Shown piece after piece: positions 59,037-64,000 of a DNA stretch of 64,000 bases. The translations under genes and the position numbers were made by a program. Under the pieces are notes generated by a model, which was not told where the DNA came from, did no database searches, and saw only the letters and a program-made list of their open reading frames with translations. Where the stretch lies: assembly GCF_055900595.2 (NCBI RefSeq), contig NZ_CM148325.1, one strand, 5' to 3'. Positions within the stretch are counted from its first letter, which is position 1. Every line of letters starts with the position of its first letter.

Positions 59037-60290
59037 TTATGCACGAATGGTGTAATCACCAATGCCGATCCACTTGTAGGTGGTCAGAGCTTCCAGCCCC
59101 ATTGGGCCGCGCGCGTGGAGTTTTTGTGTGCTTACCGCAACTTCCGCCCCCAGACCAAACTGGCCGCCGTCGGTAAAACGCGTAGAGGCGTTAACGTAAA
59201 CAGCGGAGGAATCCACTTCGTTAACAAAACGCTGGGCGTTGCGCATATCGCGGGTCAGGATCGCATCGGAATGTTGCGTGCCGTGTTCACGAATATGGGC
59301 GATGGCATCGTCAAGATCGCTGACGATTTTAACGTTCAAGTCTAATGACAGGAACTCATCGTCATACTCTTCGGCTTTAACAGCCACCACCTTCGCTGGG
59401 CCTGCCTGCAACTGCGCCAGCGCAGTTGCGTCAGCGTGTAATGTCACGCCGCTTTCCGCCATTTGCTTGCTTAATGCGGGCAGGAAGCTATCTGCGATGT
59501 TTTTATTTACCAGCAACGTTTCTACCGTATTACACGTGCTCGGGCGCTGAGTTTTCGCGTTGACAATCACTTTCAATGCTTCAGCGATCTCTGCACTTTC
59601 ATCAACGTAAATATGGCATACGCCTATACCACCTGTGATTACCGGAATCGTCGACTGCTCGCGGCACAGTTTATGCAACCCAGCCCCGCCGCGTGGGATC
59701 AGCATGTCGATGTATTTATCCATACGCAGCATTTCACTGACCAGCGCACGGTCAGGATTATCAATCGCCTGCACGGCACCCGCCGGTAAGCCACAGGATT
59801 TCAGGGCGTCCTGAATCACCGCCACCGTTGCCGCGTTAGTGCGACACGTTTCTTTGCCGCCGCGCAGGATCACCGCGTTACCTGTTTTCAGGCACAGCGA
59901 AGCAACATCTACCGTCACGTTCGGGCGCGCTTCATAAATCACGCCAATCACCCCCAGCGGCACGCGACGGCGTTCCAGACGCAGGCCGCTGTCCAGCACC
60001 CCGCCATCAATTACCTGCCCCACTGGATCGGCGAGGTTACACACCTGGCGCACATCATCGGCAATGCTTTTCAGCCGTGCGGGCGTCAGTGCCAGGCGGT
60101 CAAGCATCGCTTCGCTAAGGCCATTGGCACGCGCGTCAGCAACATCCTGGGCGTTAGCATTGAGGATGCTTTCGCTTTGTGCTTCCAGTTCATCGGCGAT
60201 TTTTTCCAGCACGCGATTTTTTTCGCGGCTGGAGAGTTGCGCTAATTTATACGAGGCTTGCTTCGCGGCAATGCCCATTTGTTCCAGCAT
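59037..60290 (-). CDS. proA: Gamma-glutamyl phosphate reductase ProA
   Basis: 417 aa; [36 protein letters not shown]...; ALDH-like fold. Confidence 0.95.
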   Translation of the reverse strand: MLEQMGIAAKQASYKLAQLSSREKNRVLEKIADELEAQSESILNANAQDVADARANGLSEAMLDRLALTPARLKSIADDVRQVCNLADPVGQVIDGGVLDSGLRLERRRVPLGVIGVIYEARPNVTVDVASLCLKTGNAVILRGGKETCRTNAATVAVIQDALKSCGLPAGAVQAIDNPDRALVSEMLRMDKYIDMLIPRGGAGLHKLCREQSTIPVITGGIGVCHIYVDESAEIAEALKVIVNAKTQRPSTCNTVETLLVNKNIADSFLPALSKQMAESGVTLHADATALAQLQAGPAKVVAVKAEEYDDEFLSLDLNVKIVSDLDDAIAHIREHGTQHSDAILTRDMRNAQRFVNEVDSSAVYVNASTRFTDGGQFGLGAEVAVSTQKLHARGPMGLEALTTYKWIGIGDYTIRA

Positions 60291-60301
60291 CGGCCTGCTC
60301 C

Positions 60302-61405
60302 TTAACGGGTAATCATATCATCACGGTGAACGGCAACCGGGCCGTATTCATATCCCAGTATTGCATCAATTTCTTGCGAGTGGTGTCCGGCAATACGGCG
60401 TAATGCATCGCTGTTGTAACGACTAACGCCGTGGGCGATATCGCGACCTTCGAGGTTGCAAATGCGGATGACTTCACCACGCGAGAAATTGCCAGTCACG
60501 CTTTTAATGCCTTTCGGCAACAGGGAGCTGCCGCGTTCAAGAATGGCGGCGGTTGCCCCTTCATCTACCGTGATTTCACCCGCAGGCGGCGCACCGAAAA
60601 TCCAACGTTTGCGGTTTTCAAGCGGAGTCGCCTGGGCATGGAACAGCGTACCGACGGAAATACCTTCCATCACATCACCAATGACACCCGGCTTACTGCC
60701 CGCGGCAATAATGGTGTCGATACCCGCACGGCAAGCCACGTCCGCGGCCTGCAATTTAGTGCTCATGCCGCCGGTTCCAAGACCTGAAACGCTGTCACCA
60801 GCAATCGCGCGCAGAGCGTCATCAATGCCGTACACATCTTTAATCAGTTCTGCCTGCGGATTGCTACGCGGATCAGCGGTATACAAACCTTTTTGATCGG
60901 TCAGCAACAACAGTTTATCGGCACCCGCCAGAATCGCCGCCAGCGCCGAAAGGTTATCGTTATCGCCGACTTTAATCTCTGCAGTAGCGACAGCATCGTT
61001 CTCATTGATTACCGGAACGATGTTGTTATCGAGCAGCGCACGCAAGGTGTCGCGGGCGTTCAGGAAGCGTTCACGGTCTTCCATATCAGCACGAGTTAGC
61101 AGCATCTGCCCGACGTGAATGCCATAAATCGAAAACAGCTGTTCCCACAGTTGAATCAGTCGACTCTGCCCTACCGCCGCCAGAAGTTGTTTCGAGGCAA
61201 TAGTCGCTGGCAGTTCCGGGTAACCCAGGTGCTCACGTCCGGCGGCAATCGCCCCCGACGTCACAATTACAATCCGATGCCCGGCGGCATGTAGCTGCGC
61301 GCACTGGCGAACAAGTTCAACGATATGGGCACGGTTCAGGCGGCGCGATCCGCCTGTTAGCACACTGGTGCCGAGTTTTACCACCAGCGTCTGGCTGTCA
61401 CTCAT
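60302..61405 (-). CDS. proB: Glutamate 5-kinase ProB
   Basis: Start taken at [19 protein letters not shown] (367 aa); amino-acid kinase domain plus C-terminal PUA. Confidence 0.95.
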
Positions 61406-61692
61406 GATTCTCTGCCATTCAATTTTAGGGAAAATGATATCAAACGAACGTTTTAGCAGGACTGTCGCCGGTTGCCAACCATCTGCAAGCAAAGCATGGC
61501 GTTTTGTTGCGCGGGATCAGCAAGCGTAGCGGCAGTTGTTTACGCTTTTATTACAGATTTAATAAATTACCACATTTTAAGAATATCATTAATCTGTAAT
61601 ATATCTTTAACAATCTCAGGTTAAAAACTTTCCTGTTTTCAACGGGACACTCCCGCTGAATATTCGCGCGTTAATTAAAATCAGGAATGAAA

Positions 61693-62748
61693 ATGAAAAA
61701 GAGCACTCTGGCATTAGTGGTGATGGGCATTGTGGCATCGGCATCCGTACAGGCCGCAGAAATATATAACAAAGACGGTAATAAACTGGATATCTATGGC
61801 AAAGTTAAAGCCATGCATTATATGAGCGATAATGACAGTAAAGATGGCGACCAAAGTTATATCCGTTTTGGTTTTAAAGGCGAAACACAAATTAACGATC
61901 AACTGACCGGTTATGGTCGCTGGGAAGCAGAGTTTGCCGGAAATAAAGCAGAGAGTGATACTGCTCAGCAAAAAACGCGTCTTGCCTTTGCCGGGTTGAA
62001 ATATAAAGATTTGGGTTCTTTCGACTATGGTCGTAACCTGGGGGCGCTGTATGACGTGGAAGCCTGGACCGATATGTTCCCGGAATTCGGCGGCGATTCC
62101 TCCGCGCAGACCGACAACTTTATGACCAAACGCGCCAGCGGACTGGCAACGTATCGGAACACCGACTTCTTCGGCGTTATCGATGGTCTGAACTTAACCC
62201 TGCAATATCAAGGAAAAAACGAAAACCGCGACGTTAAAAAGCAAAACGGTGATGGCTTCGGCACGTCATTGACATATGACTTTGGCGGCAGCGATTTTGC
62301 CATTAGTGGGGCCTATACCAACTCCGATCGCACCAACGAGCAGAACCTGCAAAGCCGTGGCACGGGCAAGCGTGCAGAAGCATGGGCAACAGGCCTGAAA
62401 TACGATGCCAATAATATTTACCTGGCAACTTTCTATTCTGAAACGCGTAAAATGACGCCAATCTCTGGCGGCTTTGCCAATAAGACGCAGAACTTTGAAG
62501 CAGTCGCTCAATACCAATTCGACTTTGGCCTGCGTCCATCGCTGGGTTATGTCTTATCGAAAGGGAAAGATATTGAGGGCATCGGTGATGAGGATCTGGT
62601 CAATTATATTGATGTCGGTGCTACATATTATTTCAACAAAAATATGTCAGCGTTTGTTGATTATAAAATCAACCAACTGGACAGCGATAACAAATTAAAT
62701 ATTAATAATGATGATATTGTCGCGGTTGGGATAACCTATCAGTTTTAA
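61693..62748 (+). CDS. phoE: Phosphate-starvation outer-membrane porin PhoE
   Basis: [21 protein letters not shown] signal peptide then porin sequence ending ...VAVGITYQF. Confidence 0.95.
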   Translation: MKKSTLALVVMGIVASASVQAAEIYNKDGNKLDIYGKVKAMHYMSDNDSKDGDQSYIRFGFKGETQINDQLTGYGRWEAEFAGNKAESDTAQQKTRLAFAGLKYKDLGSFDYGRNLGALYDVEAWTDMFPEFGGDSSAQTDNFMTKRASGLATYRNTDFFGVIDGLNLTLQYQGKNENRDVKKQNGDGFGTSLTYDFGGSDFAISGAYTNSDRTNEQNLQSRGTGKRAEAWATGLKYDANNIYLATFYSETRKMTPISGGFANKTQNFEAVAQYQFDFGLRPSLGYVLSKGKDIEGIGDEDLVNYIDVGATYYFNKNMSAFVDYKINQLDSDNKLNINNDDIVAVGITYQF

Positions 62749-62756
62749 TGGAGATT

Positions 62757-62777
62757 GCCGGATGCGGCGCATCCGGC
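62757..62777. terminator. Bidirectional hairpin between convergent phoE and crl
   Basis: GCCGGATGCG-G-CGCATCCGGC inverted repeat followed by ACTTTTCAC. Confidence 0.5.
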
Positions 62778-62786
62778 ACTTTTCAC

Positions 62787-63245
<459 letters not shown>

Positions 63246-64000
63246 TTAACACAATCGTTTTTCGATCCAGCTCGTGATTTCCTGAAGACCTTTGTCAAAA
63301 TTCCGATACACCGGATTAAACGGAATCTCTAACAATTTACCATCAGCAGATGATGAGGTGATTAAGCGTGAGTCCTCTTCCGGGCTGAACGGATCGTTCT
63401 TCCAGTAGCCTGATAACATTGGCGTTGGGCAGCGACGGCCCAGCAATCCTTGCACTTTTAATGAATAACGATTCAGTTCCACACGCAACGCTTCATCGGA
63501 AGCATCATGCATCCCCAAACGACTCGCCAGAACGTCAAGATACATTTCCGGCACCTGTTGCTGGCACTTAAAATCACTCAACAGGGTATGAACTACCGGA
63601 CCAAGACAGGCAACCGCTTTCAGACGCGGCGATTCAAGATATGCCAGACGCACAGCAACGTTAGAGCCAAAACGGAAACCAAAGGCCGCGACACGGGTGT
63701 GATCCACCCACGGGACGTTAGGCAGCGCCTTTAAGACGTGCTGATGCAACAGGCTGGAGTCCTGGGTGAGCTTCCATTTTGAAGAAAAGCCCACCGACGG
63801 CATATCAATAGTCAGCATCGCAATGCCGCGCGGGGCAAAATAACGTTCATACAGACTGTAATAATCCGTCTGCATCGCATCCAGACCACCACACATTAAT
63901 ACCGTCGGGAACGGGCCATCGCCTTTCGGCATATGCAAAAAGCCGGTGATGGGCGCACCGCCTGGTACGGTAAACTCCATCTGCCGCATCGTGCCCGGCA
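63246..64000 (-). CDS. frsA: Esterase FrsA, C-terminal part (N-terminus beyond window end)
   Basis: Alpha/beta-hydrolase sequence ending ...[13 protein letters not shown]; frame runs open to the window edge. Confidence 0.85.
   Translation of the reverse strand, partial: PGTMRQMEFTVPGGAPITGFLHMPKGDGPFPTVLMCGGLDAMQTDYYSLYERYFAPRGIAMLTIDMPSVGFSSKWKLTQDSSLLHQHVLKALPNVPWVDHTRVAAFGFRFGSNVAVRLAYLESPRLKAVACLGPVVHTLLSDFKCQQQVPEMYLDVLASRLGMHDASDEALRVELNRYSLKVQGLLGRRCPTPMLSGYWKNDPFSPEEDSRLITSSSADGKLLEIPFNPVYRNFDKGLQEITSWIEKRLC

Overview
Enterobacterial (Escherichia coli-like) chromosome segment; gene names are assigned from recalled K-12 protein sequences and gene order, not from a search. Left third (1-17.9 kb) is conserved core: yahF'-yahE-yahD-yahC-yahB-pdeL, betT-betIBA, ykgG-ykgF-ykgE, rclR-rclA. 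Middle (17.9-32.6 kb) is a variable block: aldo-keto reductases, a Rob-like AraC regulator, an intact 1417-aa intimin-like adhesin (eaeH/fdeC type), two LysR regulators, a dienelactone-hydrolase-like protein, an Old-Yellow-Enzyme flavoprotein, then the Zur-box-preceded ykgM-ykgO ribosomal paralog pair. Right part is a thrW (tRNA-Thr CGU) integration hotspot: an IS1 copy with no target-site duplication abuts a 999-aa reverse transcriptase fused to a C-terminal nitrilase domain, which is the most likely defence system here (DRT type 1 / UG1-like). Next comes a fused ner-like/integrase-3' pseudogene scar, then a ~20.7 kb P4-like integrative element bounded by a partial thrW 3'-end repeat. That element carries a P4-type integrase, AlpA, a primase-helicase, two iteron arrays sharing an exact 40-bp inverted repeat, a four-gene module resembling podovirus internal core/ejection proteins, a PerC-like regulator, and a Panacea-domain gene coupled to an unknown 144-aa partner (candidate toxin-antitoxin pair). 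The window ends with thrW, proA, proB, phoE, crl and partial frsA. All calls rest on reading the six-frame translations and DNA by eye.
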